The notes under the pieces: generated by a model
Database searches by the model: none
The model's input: only the letters and a program-made list of their open reading frames with translations
Told to the model about the DNA's origin: nothing
NCBI GenBank assembly: GCA_035556495.1
Contig: DATMEW010000123.1
Location: forward strand, 11,137-75,136
Direction: 5' to 3'
Length of the DNA stretch: 64,000 bases
Origin: Xanthobacteraceae bacterium
Lineage (GTDB): Bacteria > Pseudomonadota > Alphaproteobacteria > Rhizobiales > Xanthobacteraceae
In this document: in pieces, positions 10,702-21,447 of the stretch
Numbering within the stretch: the first letter of the stretch is position 1
How the letters are laid out: each line of letters opens with the position of its first letter
Made by a program: the position numbers and the translations under genes

Positions 10702-13065
10702 CTACAGTTCCACGCGCCGCAGCCGCAGCGCGTTGCCGACCACGCTGACCGACGACAGCGCCATCGCCGCCGCGGCGATCACCGGCGACAGCAGGATGCC
10801 GAAGGTCGGATAGAGCAGCCCCGCCGCGATCGGCACGCCGGCGGCGTTGTAGACGAAGGCGAAGAACAGATTCTGGCGGATGTTGCGCATGGTCGCGGCG
10901 GAGAGATGCCGCGCCCGCACGATGCCGCTCATGTCCCCGCCGAGCAGCGTGACGCCGGCGCTCTCGATGGCGACGTCCGAACCCGCGCCCATGGCGATGC
11001 CGACATCGGCGGCGGCCAGCGCCGGAGCGTCGTTGACGCCATCGCCGGCCATGGCGACCACGCGGCCCTGTTTTCGGAGCTTTTCCACCGCGGCGCTCTT
11101 GCCCTCCGGCAGCACATCCGCCTCGACCTCGTCGATGCCGAGCCGGCGCGCCACAGCCAGCGCGGTGGTGCGGTTGTCGCCGGTCATCATGACGATGCGC
11201 AGGCCGTCCTTCTTCAGGGCCTCGATCATGCCCGGCGTGGACGCCTTGACCGGGTCCGAGATCGCCAGCGCGCCGGCGGCCTTGCCGTCCACCGCGATAT
11301 AGATCGCGGTCGCGCCGTCGCGGCGCATCTCGTCCGCGGCGGCGTCCAGCGCGGCGGTGCCGATGCCGGTCTCGCCGAGGAAGGCGCTGTTGCCGAGCAC
11401 GACGCGGCGGCCGTTCACGGTGCCGAGCGCGCCCTTGCCGGTCGGAGAGTCGAAATCCGTAACCGGGTCGATGGTGAGGCCGCGCGCCTGCGCCGCCGCG
11501 ACGATGGCGGTCGCGATGGGGTGTTCGCTGGCGCGCTCCACGGCGGCCGCGAGGCCGAGGATGTCCGCCTCGTCGAAGCCGTCCGCGACGCGGATCGCGG
11601 TGAGGGTGGGGCGGCCCTCGGTCAGGGTGCCGGTCTTGTCCACCACCAGCGTATCGACCGCCTCCAGCCGCTCCAGCGCCTCGGCATCGCGGATCAGCAC
11701 GCCGTTCTGCGCGCCGCGCCCGACACCGACCATGATCGACATCGGCGTCGCGAGGCCGAGTGCGCAGGGGCAGGCGATGATGAGCACGCTGACGGCGGCG
11801 AGCAGCGCGAAGCTGAAGCGCGGCTCCGGCCCGACGCCGGCCCAGACGGCGAAGGCGGCCAGCGCCGCCACGATCACGGCCGGCACGAACCAGCCGGAGA
11901 CCCGGTCCGCCATGCGCTGGATCGGCGCGCGGGAGCGCTGGGCGCTCGCCACCATCTGCACGATCTGGGACAGCAGGGTGTCGCGGCCGACCCGGGTGGC
12001 GGTCATCACCAGCGCGCCCGAGCGGTTGATGGTGCCGGCGATGACCTTCGCGCCGGGCTCCTTGGTGACGGGCATCGACTCGCCGGTGACGAGGGACTCG
12101 TCCACGGAAGAACGGCCCTCGACCACCTCGCCGTCCACCGGCACCTTGTCGCCGGGGCGGATGCGCAGGCGGTCGCCCGCCACGATGGCGTCGATGGCGA
12201 TATCTTCCTCTCTGCCGTCGTCCCGGATCCGGCGCGCGGTCTTGGGCGCGAGGTCGAGCAGGGCGCGGATCGCCCCGGAGGTGGAGTCGCGGGCGCGCAG
12301 TTCCAGCACCTGCCCGAGCAGCACCAGCACGGTGATGACGGCGGCCGGTTCGAAATAAACCGCGACCGCGCCGTGGTGATCCCGGAACGCCGGCGGAAAG
12401 ATGCCCGGCAGCAGGGTCGCCACCACGCTGTAGCCATAGGCGACGCCGACGCCGAGGGCGATCAGCGTGAACATATTCAGGTTGCGCGTGACCAGCGACT
12501 GCCAGCCGCGCACGAAAAACGGCCAGCCCGCCCACAGCACCACGGGGGTCGCCAGCGCGAATTGCAGCCACGCGGAGGTGCGGCCGTCGATGCCCAGGGC
12601 TATCACCCGCTCCATACCGATGATGTGGCTGCCCATCTCCAGCAGGAAGACCGGCAGGGCAAGCGCCAGCGCGATCCAGAACCGACGGGTGAAATCGGTG
12701 AGTTCGGGATTGGGGCCAGTGTCGGCGGAGGGCATTTCCGGCTCCAGCGCCATGCCGCAGATGGGGCAGGAGCCGGGACCCTCCTGCCGGATTTCCGGAT
12801 GCATCGGGCAGGTGTAGATCGCGCCTTCGACGACCGGCTCCGGCTCGCGGGGCGAGAGATACTTGTCCGGGTCGGCGGCGAATTTGGTCCGGCAGCCGGC
12901 CGAGCAGAAGTGGAAGGTCGTGCCGCCGTGGTCGTGATGGTGCGGGGTCTTGGCCGGGTCCACCGTCATGCCGCAGACGGGGTCGAGGACCTTGTCCGCT
13001 GCCGGTTCGGGCGCGGCGTGATGGCCGCCGGAGCAGCAGGAGGGGGTCTGCGCAGTTTGGCTCAT
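10702..13065 (-). CDS. copA: Copper-translocating P1B-type ATPase with N-terminal TRASH/YHS-type and CPxxxxCPxCGM metal-binding motifs
   Basis: CPC transmembrane motif ([13 protein letters not shown]), DKTGT phosphorylation site, MMTGDN and GDGVNDAP motifs; divergent csoR neighbour. Confidence 0.92.
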   Translation of the reverse strand: MSQTAQTPSCCSGGHHAAPEPAADKVLDPVCGMTVDPAKTPHHHDHGGTTFHFCSAGCRTKFAADPDKYLSPREPEPVVEGAIYTCPMHPEIRQEGPGSCPICGMALEPEMPSADTGPNPELTDFTRRFWIALALALPVFLLEMGSHIIGMERVIALGIDGRTSAWLQFALATPVVLWAGWPFFVRGWQSLVTRNLNMFTLIALGVGVAYGYSVVATLLPGIFPPAFRDHHGAVAVYFEPAAVITVLVLLGQVLELRARDSTSGAIRALLDLAPKTARRIRDDGREEDIAIDAIVAGDRLRIRPGDKVPVDGEVVEGRSSVDESLVTGESMPVTKEPGAKVIAGTINRSGALVMTATRVGRDTLLSQIVQMVASAQRSRAPIQRMADRVSGWFVPAVIVAALAAFAVWAGVGPEPRFSFALLAAVSVLIIACPCALGLATPMSIMVGVGRGAQNGVLIRDAEALERLEAVDTLVVDKTGTLTEGRPTLTAIRVADGFDEADILGLAAAVERASEHPIATAIVAAAQARGLTIDPVTDFDSPTGKGALGTVNGRRVVLGNSAFLGETGIGTAALDAAADEMRRDGATAIYIAVDGKAAGALAISDPVKASTPGMIEALKKDGLRIVMMTGDNRTTALAVARRLGIDEVEADVLPEGKSAAVEKLRKQGRVVAMAGDGVNDAPALAAADVGIAMGAGSDVAIESAGVTLLGGDMSGIVRARHLSAATMRNIRQNLFFAFVYNAAGVPIAAGLLYPTFGILLSPVIAAAAMALSSVSVVGNALRLRRVEL

Positions 13066-13110
13066 CGGGTGGTCCTCGGTCCTGTGGGTCGGGTCTGGCG
13101 CTTGATCTTT

Positions 13111-13127
13111 ATACCCTGGGGGGGTAT
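13111..13127. promoter_or_regulatory. CsoR-type operator in the copA/csoR divergent promoter region
   Basis: ATACCC-TGGGG-GGGTAT inverted repeat, 10 nt upstream of the csoR ATG. Confidence 0.55.
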
Positions 13128-13136
13128 CTATTCTCC

Positions 13137-13412
13137 ATGCAGAATGACGTCAAGAGTTCCTGTCTGAAACGGCTGAAGCGGATCGAGGGGCAGGTGCGCG
13201 GCCTCGCCGGCATGGTCGAGGACGACCGCTATTGCATCGACGTTGTGACCCAGATCGCCGCCGTGCGCGCCGCCTTGCGCAAGGTGGAGGAGGAAGTGTT
13301 GCAGGACCACGTTGCGCATTGCGTGGAGCACGCCATCCGCAGCGGGGATCAGAGGGAGCAGCGCATCAAGGTGGCGGAACTGATGGAAGTTCTGGCCCGC
13401 GCCGGTCGCTGA
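13137..13412 (+). CDS. csoR: CsoR/RcnR/FrmR-family metal-sensing repressor
   Basis: [35 protein letters not shown]...HVAHC pattern. Confidence 0.85.
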   Translation: MQNDVKSSCLKRLKRIEGQVRGLAGMVEDDRYCIDVVTQIAAVRAALRKVEEEVLQDHVAHCVEHAIRSGDQREQRIKVAELMEVLARAGR

Positions 13413-13485
13413 TAATTCACTTTAAGAATGATATATTTGATTTTAATATCAGTATTTTATCAGATTATTCTGATAGATTAGATCA

Positions 13486-14670
13486 TCATTCGATCCAGCG
13501 ATAGATCCAGTCCTGCCGGGCCAGCAGGCGCGGCCCGTCCAGCATCCGCATGACGATATTCCGGGCGAGCGCCTCGGGACCGCCGAGGTGGTAGATGCGT
13601 CCCTGCCGCCGCGCGGCGGACTGGACTGCCGCCGTTCGCCGCTGCCTGAGCCGCTCATAGGCGCGCAGGCCGGCGGCCGGGTCGCGGTAGCCGGCGAGGG
13701 AGGTGGCGAGCACGGCGGCATCCTCGATGGCCATGCCGGCCCCCTGAGCGAGGAAGGGCAGCATGGGGTGGGCGGCGTCGCCCAGCAGGGTCGCCGCGTC
13801 GCGGCCCCAGACCGGCAGCGGCGGCCGGTCGTACAGTCCCCAGACCTGCCAGGCGTCTGGGATGTCCAGCAGGTCACGGAGCGCCCCGGCGGCGCGGACA
13901 GGCACGAAGGCCGCCTGCATCTGCTCCCGGGTCCGGGCGCTGCTCCAGCCCTCCGGCGCGCGGACGTCGGCGCGGATTGCCACGACATTCACCTCGCGGC
14001 CCTGCCGCACCGGGTAAGCCACCACATGGGCGTCGCGGCCGAGCCAGAGCGCGACCTCCATGCCGCGCAGACCCGCGGGGACCTGCGCCGCATCCAGCGT
14101 TGCCCGCCACGCCACCCGCCGGGCGAAGCGGGGCGGCTGCCGCCCGTGCAGGAGACTTCGGACTTCCGACCACAGCCCGTCAGCGCCAATCAGCGCCGTG
14201 CCCTGAAACGCGGCGGTGTCCGTGCGGCAGGAAACGCCGTCCGTCTCAAGGGCCATGCCGGTAACGCGCTGGCCGAGATGCAGCGCGATCCGCGGATCGC
14301 GCCCGGCCGCCTCCGCCAGCACGGCCTGAAGATCCGCGCGGTGGAGCACCCAATAGGGTGCGCCATGGCGCGCCTGCACGGCGGCGCCGAGGGGCACCCG
14401 CGCCAGCACGCTATTGGAGCGGGCGTCGCGGATGGTGACGCTGTCCGGCGTCGTGGCGACCGCGGCCAGCGCATCGCCGAGCCCGAGGGCGATCAGGACG
14501 CGGGTGGCGTTGGGAGACAACTGGATGCCCGCGCCGGCCGTATCGAGGCGTGGAGCCTGTTCCAGCAACGTGACATTGCAACCGGTCCGGGTCAGCGCCA
14601 GCGCGGCTGTCAGCCCGCCGATGCCGGCGCCGGCGACGATGACGGTGCGGGGAGGATCGTTCACGGCCAC
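13486..14670 (-). CDS. FAD-dependent monooxygenase (salicylate hydroxylase/UbiH-like)
   Basis: GxGxxG (VIVAGAGIGGLTAALAL) and the C-terminal GDAAHPMLPFLAQGAGMAIEDA motif. Confidence 0.8.
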   Translation of the reverse strand: MAVNDPPRTVIVAGAGIGGLTAALALTRTGCNVTLLEQAPRLDTAGAGIQLSPNATRVLIALGLGDALAAVATTPDSVTIRDARSNSVLARVPLGAAVQARHGAPYWVLHRADLQAVLAEAAGRDPRIALHLGQRVTGMALETDGVSCRTDTAAFQGTALIGADGLWSEVRSLLHGRQPPRFARRVAWRATLDAAQVPAGLRGMEVALWLGRDAHVVAYPVRQGREVNVVAIRADVRAPEGWSSARTREQMQAAFVPVRAAGALRDLLDIPDAWQVWGLYDRPPLPVWGRDAATLLGDAAHPMLPFLAQGAGMAIEDAAVLATSLAGYRDPAAGLRAYERLRQRRTAAVQSAARRQGRIYHLGGPEALARNIVMRMLDGPRLLARQDWIYRWIE

Positions 14671-14695
14671 CTCCGCCGCCTGTCCGGCGGGTATG

Positions 14696-14938
14696 TCAGG
14701 CGGCGTCGCGCAGCGCGCAGTCGGCCGGGATGGCGTCGTGGGGATCGAGCTTCGGATTCAGCCGGTACAGCGTCGAGCAATACGGGCAGATGATCTCGTT
14801 CTCGTCGCCCATGTCGAGGAAGACATGGGGATGGTCGAACGGCGGCTTGGCGCCGACACACATGAATTCATGGGCGCCGATCTCGATGACCGGCACACCG
14901 GCGTCGTTGTGGAAATGGGGAACGATATGGTCCGCCAT
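14696..14938 (-). CDS. Zinc-finger (zf-CHCC, NDUFS6-like) small protein
   Basis: HPHVFLDMGDENEIICPYCSTLY motif; ATG at 14938. Confidence 0.65.
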   Translation of the reverse strand: MADHIVPHFHNDAGVPVIEIGAHEFMCVGAKPPFDHPHVFLDMGDENEIICPYCSTLYRLNPKLDPHDAIPADCALRDAA

Positions 14939-15217
14939 GGGAAAGCTGCCTTTGCGCGGCAGGAAGGGCGTGGCCTGCCGCCGGTTGTCGCTGCGTCGGG
15001 CCGGACCATATCCACCCAATTAACCGATTTCTAGAGCCTTTTCGGTTTTGATGGGATCTAGGCCGAGGCTCTATGCTTTTGATTTGCCGCGTTTTCTTCA
15101 AGCGCAACGATAGCCTTTCGCTTGGAGAAAAACGCCGGTTTCACCGGCTGGCCGGAAGGCGCGGCCGCCAGACGGGAGATGCAGGCCGTGAGGCGGGCGT
15201 TACGGTACCGGTCCGGC

Positions 15218-16345
15218 ATGGAGGGCAGGCAGCGGCGTGTCGCGGTGCCGCTGCTGATCGCGCTCGCATTGGCCGGCGCGCTGGCATGGCTCGGCCCTCA
15301 CGCCGTTGATGCCGGCCGGTGGCTGGCGATTCAGGACGATCCGGTGGCGCTGGCGGACCGGGAAGTGGCCGCCCGGCTCGACGCGGGAACCGCCATAACC
15401 GAGACCGAGGCTGCGCTGGCGGCGGACGACGCCGAGCTTGCCGCGAGCTTCGTCGAACTGGCGGACGAGCGAGGGCTTGCCATTCCGGACATGCTACGCC
15501 GGCGCGTCACGGAAGCGAACGGCGCGGCGGCCGTGGCCGGCCGCTCCGCCGGCAGCTTCGCGCAGGGCCTGATCACCGGGGAGCCGGAGGACCTGGCCGG
15601 CCTTGCCGGCACGCTGACCGGCGATCTGTTCGTGTTCGGCGACATTCGCGACGTGGTGCGGGAGGGCTCCCGTTTCGTGGCGGGACAGGAGGTGGACCAA
15701 CTCGTGCTCGGCCTTGCCGGCGTCGGCCTCGCGATCACCGCAGGCACCTATGCCACCCTCGGGGCGGGCACGCCGGCGCGGGTCGGTCTCACCGTCGCCA
15801 AGGCGGCGCGCAAGACCGGGCGTCTCAGCGCCGGCATGGCGTCGTGGCTGACGCGCTCCGTCCGCGAGGTGGTGGACTGGGCGGCCCTGCGCCGCGCCGC
15901 CGGCGAGGCGACGCTGGCGGACCCGGCGGCAGTGGCGCGGGCGACCCGCGCGGCGGTGAAGGTCGAGAAGGCGGAAGACCTGCTGCGCGTCGCCGGAGAT
16001 GTCGGCCGCATTCAGGGCCGCGCCGGCACGCGGGCGGCGCTGGACGGCCTGAAGATCGCGGAAGGGCCGCGTGACGTCGCCCGGCTCGCGAAGCTGGCGG
16101 AGGCCAAGGGCGGCAAGACCCGCGCCATCCTCAAGGTCGCGGGGCGCAGCGCCATCGTGCTCACCAGCGGCCTGTTCAATCTCGTGAGCTGGGTGTTCTG
16201 GGCGCTGGCCTGCATTCTCGGCCTGTGCTCGTCCATGAAAGGCACCGCCGAGCGGCTGATGCTGCGGCATCTGCGGCGCAAGAAGGCGCGCCGCATGGCT
16301 GCGGCTGCCGCCGCCACGCAGATGGCGACTTACGTGCGGGCGTGA
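15218..16345 (+). CDS. Hypothetical membrane protein (N- and C-terminal TM segments); start uncertain
   Basis: MEGRQRRVAVPLLIALALAGALAWL N-terminal TM segment; C-terminal hydrophobic segment LFNLVSWVFWALACILGL. Confidence 0.4.
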   Translation: MEGRQRRVAVPLLIALALAGALAWLGPHAVDAGRWLAIQDDPVALADREVAARLDAGTAITETEAALAADDAELAASFVELADERGLAIPDMLRRRVTEANGAAAVAGRSAGSFAQGLITGEPEDLAGLAGTLTGDLFVFGDIRDVVREGSRFVAGQEVDQLVLGLAGVGLAITAGTYATLGAGTPARVGLTVAKAARKTGRLSAGMASWLTRSVREVVDWAALRRAAGEATLADPAAVARATRAAVKVEKAEDLLRVAGDVGRIQGRAGTRAALDGLKIAEGPRDVARLAKLAEAKGGKTRAILKVAGRSAIVLTSGLFNLVSWVFWALACILGLCSSMKGTAERLMLRHLRRKKARRMAAAAAATQMATYVRA

Positions 16346-16358
16346 TAGCAAGTCGCCC

Positions 16359-17105
16359 ATGCCGAGCTTTTCTCACAACGATATCGATATCGCCTATCTC
16401 GACGAGGGTGAGGGCGAGCCCATCCTCCTCATTCATGGTTTCGCCTCCAACAAGGAGGTGAACTGGGTGCGGCCCGGCTGGGTGGATGTGCTGGTCAAGG
16501 ATGGCCGCCGTGTCATCGCCCTCGACAATCGCGGCCATGGCGAGTCCTCGAAGCTGTATGAGCCGTCGGATTATCACACCGATCTCATGGCGGGGGATGT
16601 CCGCGCGCTGCTCGATCATCTGCGGATCGAAAGCGCGGATGTGATGGGCTATTCGATGGGCGCGCGCATCACGGCGTTTCTGGCGAAAGCCGCGCCTGAC
16701 CGCGTGCGCCGCGCCGTGCTCGGCGGTCTCGGCTATCATCTCATCGACAGCGTCGGCCTCAGCCCCAAGATTGCCGAAGGGCTTGAAGCGCCGTCGAGGG
16801 CGGACGTGACCGATCCGGAGGCCCATGTGTTCCGCAGCTTCGCGGAGCAGACCCGCTCCGACCTCAACGCGCTGGCCGCCTGCATCCGCGGCTCGCGCCA
16901 GCGCCTGTCGCCCGAGGAGATCGCCGGCATCGCCATGCCGGTTCTGGTCGCGGTGGGCACCAGGGACCGCGTGGCCGGCCCGGCCGCCCAGCTTGCGGAG
17001 GTGTTTCCGGACGGTGCGGTGCTGGATATTCCCGACCGGGACCACATGCTGGCGGTGGGCGACAAGGTCTACAAGCAGGGCGTGCTGGAATTTCTCCGCA
17101 GATAG
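16359..17105 (+). CDS. Alpha/beta-fold hydrolase
   Basis: ILLIHGF...NRGHGES...GYSMGARI nucleophile elbow. Confidence 0.85.
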   Translation: MPSFSHNDIDIAYLDEGEGEPILLIHGFASNKEVNWVRPGWVDVLVKDGRRVIALDNRGHGESSKLYEPSDYHTDLMAGDVRALLDHLRIESADVMGYSMGARITAFLAKAAPDRVRRAVLGGLGYHLIDSVGLSPKIAEGLEAPSRADVTDPEAHVFRSFAEQTRSDLNALAACIRGSRQRLSPEEIAGIAMPVLVAVGTRDRVAGPAAQLAEVFPDGAVLDIPDRDHMLAVGDKVYKQGVLEFLRR

Positions 17106-17242
17106 TGGGATGGCTCCCCCGGCGGGACCATAAAGTCGCCGCCGCCGGTTGGAACGGCAGAATTTTCGCCTTATATCCTCGCGACGCGCCGGACATTCTT
17201 CGGAATATCCTCAGGCGACATCGTTTTTCTCCGGAGAGCGCC

Positions 17243-18067
17243 ATGGCACAGCAATCCGCCCGGCCGACAGGAGCGTTGGACAAGGTCGACCCCGTCTGGG
17301 CGCGCATTCGCGTCGAGGCGGAGGAGGTCGTGCGGCGCGAGCCTGAACTTGCGACCTTCATCTATTCGACCATTCTGCACCACGACACGCTGGAAGCGGC
17401 GGTGGTCCATCGCATCGCGGAACGGCTGGACCGCCCGGACATTTCCGGCGAGCTGATCCGGCAGGTGTTCATGGATGGGCTGGCGCGGGAGCCCGCCATC
17501 GGCATGGCGTTCCGGGCCGATATCGTCGCCACGGTGGACCGCGACCCGGCGGCCGACCGGTTCCTCGACCCGGTTCTGTATTTCAAGGGCTTTCACGCGA
17601 TCCAGACCCATCGGCTGGCGCACTGGCTGTGGCACCAGAACCGGCGCGACTTCGCGATGTATCTGCAAAGCCGCTCGTCCTCGGCGTTCCAGACCGATAT
17701 CCATCCAGCCGCGCGCATCGGCCGCGGCATCTTTCTCGACCACGCCACGGGGCTTGTCGTCGGCGAGACGGCGATGATCGAGGATAACGTGTCCATGCTT
17801 CAGGACGTGACCCTGGGCGGCACCGGTAAGGAGGATGGCGACCGCCATCCCAAGATCGGCCATAGCGTGCTGATCGGGGCCGGCGCGAAAATTCTCGGCA
17901 ATATCGAGATCGGCCATTGCGCGCGGATCGCGGCCGGCTCCGTGGTGCTCAAGCCGGTGCCGCCGAATTCCACGGTGGCGGGCATCCCGGCCAAGGTCAT
18001 CGGAGAGGCCGGTTGCCCCGAACCGTCGCGCGCCATGAACCAGATGTTTTACGATACCAATCCGTGA
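17243..18067 (+). CDS. cysE: Serine O-acetyltransferase
   Basis: SATase N-terminal helices plus hexapeptide repeats (DIHPAARIGRGIFLDHATGLVVGETA...GDRHPKIG). Confidence 0.9.
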   Translation: MAQQSARPTGALDKVDPVWARIRVEAEEVVRREPELATFIYSTILHHDTLEAAVVHRIAERLDRPDISGELIRQVFMDGLAREPAIGMAFRADIVATVDRDPAADRFLDPVLYFKGFHAIQTHRLAHWLWHQNRRDFAMYLQSRSSSAFQTDIHPAARIGRGIFLDHATGLVVGETAMIEDNVSMLQDVTLGGTGKEDGDRHPKIGHSVLIGAGAKILGNIEIGHCARIAAGSVVLKPVPPNSTVAGIPAKVIGEAGCPEPSRAMNQMFYDTNP

Positions 18068-18095
18068 CGCAGCGATTGCGAGAGGGGAAGTTTCT

Positions 18096-18311
18096 GTGAA
18101 CGCTCAGGATATCCGGAAGATCGACAGCTATCTCAAGCGGCTGTTCAACAACAAGTCGGTGCGTGTCGTGGCGCGCCCCAAGAAAGACGATTCCGCCGAG
18201 GTCTATGTCGGCGAGGAGTTCATCGGCGTGATCTTCGTCGATGACGAGGACGACGACCGCTCCTTCAACTTTCAGATGGCCATTCTGGAGACCGACCTCG
18301 AAGAGCTGTGA
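18096..18311 (+). CDS. DUF3126 family protein
   Basis: IDSYLKRLFNNKSVRVVARPKKDDSAEVYVGEEFIGVIF...; GTG start; conserved partner downstream of cysE in alphaproteobacteria. Confidence 0.7.
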   Translation: MNAQDIRKIDSYLKRLFNNKSVRVVARPKKDDSAEVYVGEEFIGVIFVDDEDDDRSFNFQMAILETDLEEL

Positions 18312-18333
18312 TCTCGAAGCCATCCAGCGCATG

Positions 18334-18370
18334 AAAAGGCCGCCGGCTGTGAGAGCCGGCGGCCTTTTTG
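18334..18370. terminator. Bidirectional intrinsic terminator
   Basis: 12-bp stem AAGGCCGCCGGC-N7-GCCGGCGGCCTT flanked by an A-run and a T-run, between convergent genes. Confidence 0.7.
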
Positions 18371-18387
18371 TTGTCCTTGGGCGGGTC

Positions 18388-19122
18388 TTAATGCGGATGC
18401 GCGCGGATCGACTGAACGAGCTTCTCGATCGTGGCGGCAGTCTCCTGCCAGTCGTCCAGCCAGTCGCGCGGGAAACGGATCGTGATGTCGGCCTCGCCGA
18501 TACGTTGCTCATGCAGGCAGGTGCCCGGCACACCGCCGGCGGCAGGCCGGGTGCAGCGCACGGCAAAGGCATCTGGCCGGTCCGCCTCGATGATGTAATC
18601 CTCGCCGCGATACGGCGTATCGTCCCGGAACGGGATGAGGATCAGGCCGCCGGGGCCGGCGCTTCGCTCCGCCGCGACATAGCGCGGATAGATCGTGCGC
18701 CGGCGCTCCTGCGGGGACAGCGTGCCGGCAACGGCCGCGATAGTCATGAACACGCGGTCCGGCGCGCGGATCTCCTCCAGCGGCGTCTCGCTGCTGATGT
18801 TGGTCTGGGCCGCCGCATCCGGCGGCGCGAGGGAGGGCCACATGAAGGTCAGGTCCATCCGCGCATGGTTCCCGGGATTGCGCTGGACGGACTGGCGGAT
18901 CGCGGCGGGGGGAATGTTGAAGCCGACGCCGCCGACGGTGACGGGAAGGCTCGGCGCATCCTGGGCGACCAGAGCGCTCGGCCAGCGCGGCCAGAACACA
19001 TAACCCGCGAAACCGATCGCGCAGACCGCGGCGGCGATCAGCAGGATCAGCGGCAGGACCAGCCATGGGCTGGATGTCGCACGGCGCCGGTGGTTATGGC
19101 GGGGAGCTTTGGCCGGCGGCAT
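18388..19122 (-). CDS. Hypothetical membrane-anchored periplasmic protein
   Basis: Basic N-terminus followed by a TM segment (WLVLPLILLIAAAVCAIGFAGYVF). Confidence 0.45.
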   Translation of the reverse strand: MPPAKAPRHNHRRRATSSPWLVLPLILLIAAAVCAIGFAGYVFWPRWPSALVAQDAPSLPVTVGGVGFNIPPAAIRQSVQRNPGNHARMDLTFMWPSLAPPDAAAQTNISSETPLEEIRAPDRVFMTIAAVAGTLSPQERRRTIYPRYVAAERSAGPGGLILIPFRDDTPYRGEDYIIEADRPDAFAVRCTRPAAGGVPGTCLHEQRIGEADITIRFPRDWLDDWQETAATIEKLVQSIRAHPH

Positions 19123-19279
19123 TCAGGCAACCACATTAGCCACATTCTTGCGGCGATATCGGAGCGGCGGCAGGCCACACGATTCGCGCTTCCGCGTCCA
19201 CCACTCATACGGCGCAGCTTTGCGTTGATTTCGGCGGGAAGATGACGCCTATTGGCATGCCGCTCGGAGGATGTTCAGG

Positions 19280-19561
19280 ATGCGCAGCATAGTGGTAGCC
19301 GGTTCCGTTCTTATGACCACGATAGCAGCAGGTCCGCTCGCTCTGGCGGCGGACTATCCCGTTTCCCAGCAGCGCGCCGCGCGTCAGGTGGCGAGCGAGC
19401 ATCATGTGCGCCGGGAGATCGTCGAGGTGCAGCCGTCCTGCTACGTGCTGGACAAGGCATTTGAGGCGAATCGGCCGACCATGCCCAGCCGGCAGCATGT
19501 CTATCCCTTCTATGTCGAGCGCCGCCTGCCGTGCGATCCACGGGATCGCCGGTTCCGCTAA
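19280..19561 (+). CDS. Small hypothetical secreted protein
   Basis: Signal peptide MRSIVVAGSVLMTTIAAGPLALA; GGAGG lies 9 nt upstream of the ATG at 19280. Confidence 0.4.
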   Translation: MRSIVVAGSVLMTTIAAGPLALAADYPVSQQRAARQVASEHHVRREIVEVQPSCYVLDKAFEANRPTMPSRQHVYPFYVERRLPCDPRDRRFR

Positions 19562-19664
19562 CAGGGCCGCGCCGGGCCGTGTGTTTACCCTAAATTAAGG
19601 ATGTGCTGGCGCCTGGCCGCTTCCGGGAGAACAATGTCGCGCGTGTCGTCGTTGGGATCGCGCC

Positions 19665-20021
19665 ATGACCCTGTTTCCGCTGTCGCCTGGGGCGCTTGAA
19701 TCCTTCGCCACCGTCGCGCTCGGCTTTGCCGTCGCGGGCGTGCTGGCGACGGGCTATCAGCTTGTTGCGCGCCGGCCGGCGAGCTTCGCACTGCTGGAGC
19801 AGGCTCCCCGCGGAGGAGCTTTCGCGGCGGTGCCGTTCCTCGTCTTTGCCGCGCCCTTCGTGATCATGCGCGCCACGCTTTGCGCCCCCAGTGCGGGCGA
19901 CTTCCGGCGCTTCCAGCTTGTGATGGGAACGACGATCTTCGCCAGTTGCTGGAGCCTGATGTCCGGCACGGCCGTGACGATGCTCGCGCGCCCGCTGATG
20001 AGCTTTGTCGCAGGCGGATAA
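19665..20021 (+). CDS. Hypothetical integral membrane protein
   Basis: Three or four hydrophobic segments; no recognisable family. Confidence 0.4.
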   Translation: MTLFPLSPGALESFATVALGFAVAGVLATGYQLVARRPASFALLEQAPRGGAFAAVPFLVFAAPFVIMRATLCAPSAGDFRRFQLVMGTTIFASCWSLMSGTAVTMLARPLMSFVAGG

Positions 20022-20101
20022 GCCGCCGCCACCGCCACTGAAACACTCGCAAAATACGCCGCGCCATGGCAGTTTCCCGGCCGAACGGGGGAAGCATTTT
20101 C

Positions 20102-20632
20102 ATGGCGATTTACGAGATCGACGGGCGCAGCCCGGAGCTGCCGGCGGATGGCCGCTACTGGATCGCGGACAGCGCCGATGTCATCGGCAGTGTCCGCCTC
20201 AGGCAGGATGCCAGCGTCTGGTTCGGCGCGGTGCTGCGCGGCGATAACGAATGGATCGAGATCGGCGAGCGGTCGCAGATCCAGGACAACGCCACCGCCC
20301 ATACGGACCCGACATTCCCGCTCACCATCGGCCCGGATTGCGTGATCGGCCATAACGTCATCCTGCACGGCTGCACCATCGGCGCGAATACGCTGATCGG
20401 CATGGGCGCGGTGGTGATGAACGGCGCGCGCATCGGCGCCAATTGCGTGGTCGGCGCGGGTGCGCTGATCACCGAGGGCAAGGAGTTTCCGGACAATTCG
20501 CTGATCGTGGGTTCGCCCGCGCGCGTGCTGCGCCCGACCGACGAGGCGGCCCACGCCATGGTCGCGTTCGGCGCGGCTTCGTATGTGAAGAAGTCGCAGC
20601 TCTATGCGCGCGCGCTCAAGCGTCTCGGCTGA
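20102..20632 (+). CDS. Gamma-carbonic-anhydrase-like hexapeptide-repeat protein (YrdA/PaaY type)
   Basis: [31 protein letters not shown]...[13 protein letters not shown] pattern. Confidence 0.85.
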   Translation: MAIYEIDGRSPELPADGRYWIADSADVIGSVRLRQDASVWFGAVLRGDNEWIEIGERSQIQDNATAHTDPTFPLTIGPDCVIGHNVILHGCTIGANTLIGMGAVVMNGARIGANCVVGAGALITEGKEFPDNSLIVGSPARVLRPTDEAAHAMVAFGAASYVKKSQLYARALKRLG

Positions 20633-20641
20633 GGCGGAGAC

Positions 20642-21097
20642 TCAGCCGAAGTAGCGGCCCGCGGTGCCGAGGGCGATCGTGATGAGGCCCAGCGGCAGGT
20701 TGACGGCGATGATGCCGCGAATGCGGTTCAGGCGCGCCGCGGCGGCCGGCCAGTCCTGCCCGTCCACCGCGCGCTTGAAGGCGAGCCATGGGCCGTGGAA
20801 CAGCCAGGCGAACAGTCCCATCATCACAAGCCCGGTGCCGTTCATGAGATGGATATGCAGTCCTGCGTTCTTGAAGCCGCCGAACACCGCGAAGATCATC
20901 CAGTAGCCGGTGGCGAGCAGCAGGATCACGGCAGCCCAGACCCAGGGGAAGAAGCGGCCGAATGTGCCGCGCATCAGCCGCAGCCGCTGCGGCGGCTCCA
21001 GCAGCCCCAGCGAGGGCCGCAGGCAGAGATAGACGACGAACATGCCGCCGACCCAGACCACTGCGCTGAGGGCGTGGAGGATGATCGCAAGCGGCAT
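20642..21097 (-). CDS. CopD-family/DUF2269-like membrane protein
   Basis: Four TM segments; N-terminal ILHALSAVVWVGGMF motif; ATG at 21097. Confidence 0.55.
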   Translation of the reverse strand: MPLAIILHALSAVVWVGGMFVVYLCLRPSLGLLEPPQRLRLMRGTFGRFFPWVWAAVILLLATGYWMIFAVFGGFKNAGLHIHLMNGTGLVMMGLFAWLFHGPWLAFKRAVDGQDWPAAAARLNRIRGIIAVNLPLGLITIALGTAGRYFG

Positions 21098-21304
21098 CAA
21101 GGCGGTGGCGTTCACGGGACAGTCTCCGGGATGGATGAACGGCGGATATGGCCGCCGGACGTATCGCTGCCGCAACTATAACCACACGGCGTCGCACATT
21201 CGCGCGTCTTTCACCGTCTTGCCACGCTGCAAGACGTCGCGCGCGTCGTTCAGCGTCGATGCGCTTGTCGCCCGGGCATCGGAATGCCGGCGTGACGGCG
21301 AGGA

Positions 21305-21342
21305 ATAAAAAAGGCGACCGGCCCCGGGGAAGGCCGGCCGCC
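21305..21342 (-). terminator. Intrinsic terminator downstream of the BTLCP gene
   Basis: Minus-strand GGCGGCCGGCC-N8-GGCCGGTCGCC followed by TTTTTTAT. Confidence 0.65.
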
Positions 21343-21447
21343 CGTGACCCGGTTCTGGGACGGGGGAGGGGAGTGTGACCGGATCACGTGTCTCTAGGGG
21401 TGTCCTTGTCGTTGGCGCCGGCACGGGCCGGCGGGTTCAGCCGTTGG

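Noticed and set aside
10460-13167. 703-aa minus-strand and 753-aa plus-strand ORFs overlapping copA
   Set aside because: They are alternate-frame or antisense translations of the clear P-type ATPase gene, with extreme Arg/Gly/Pro/Asp content.
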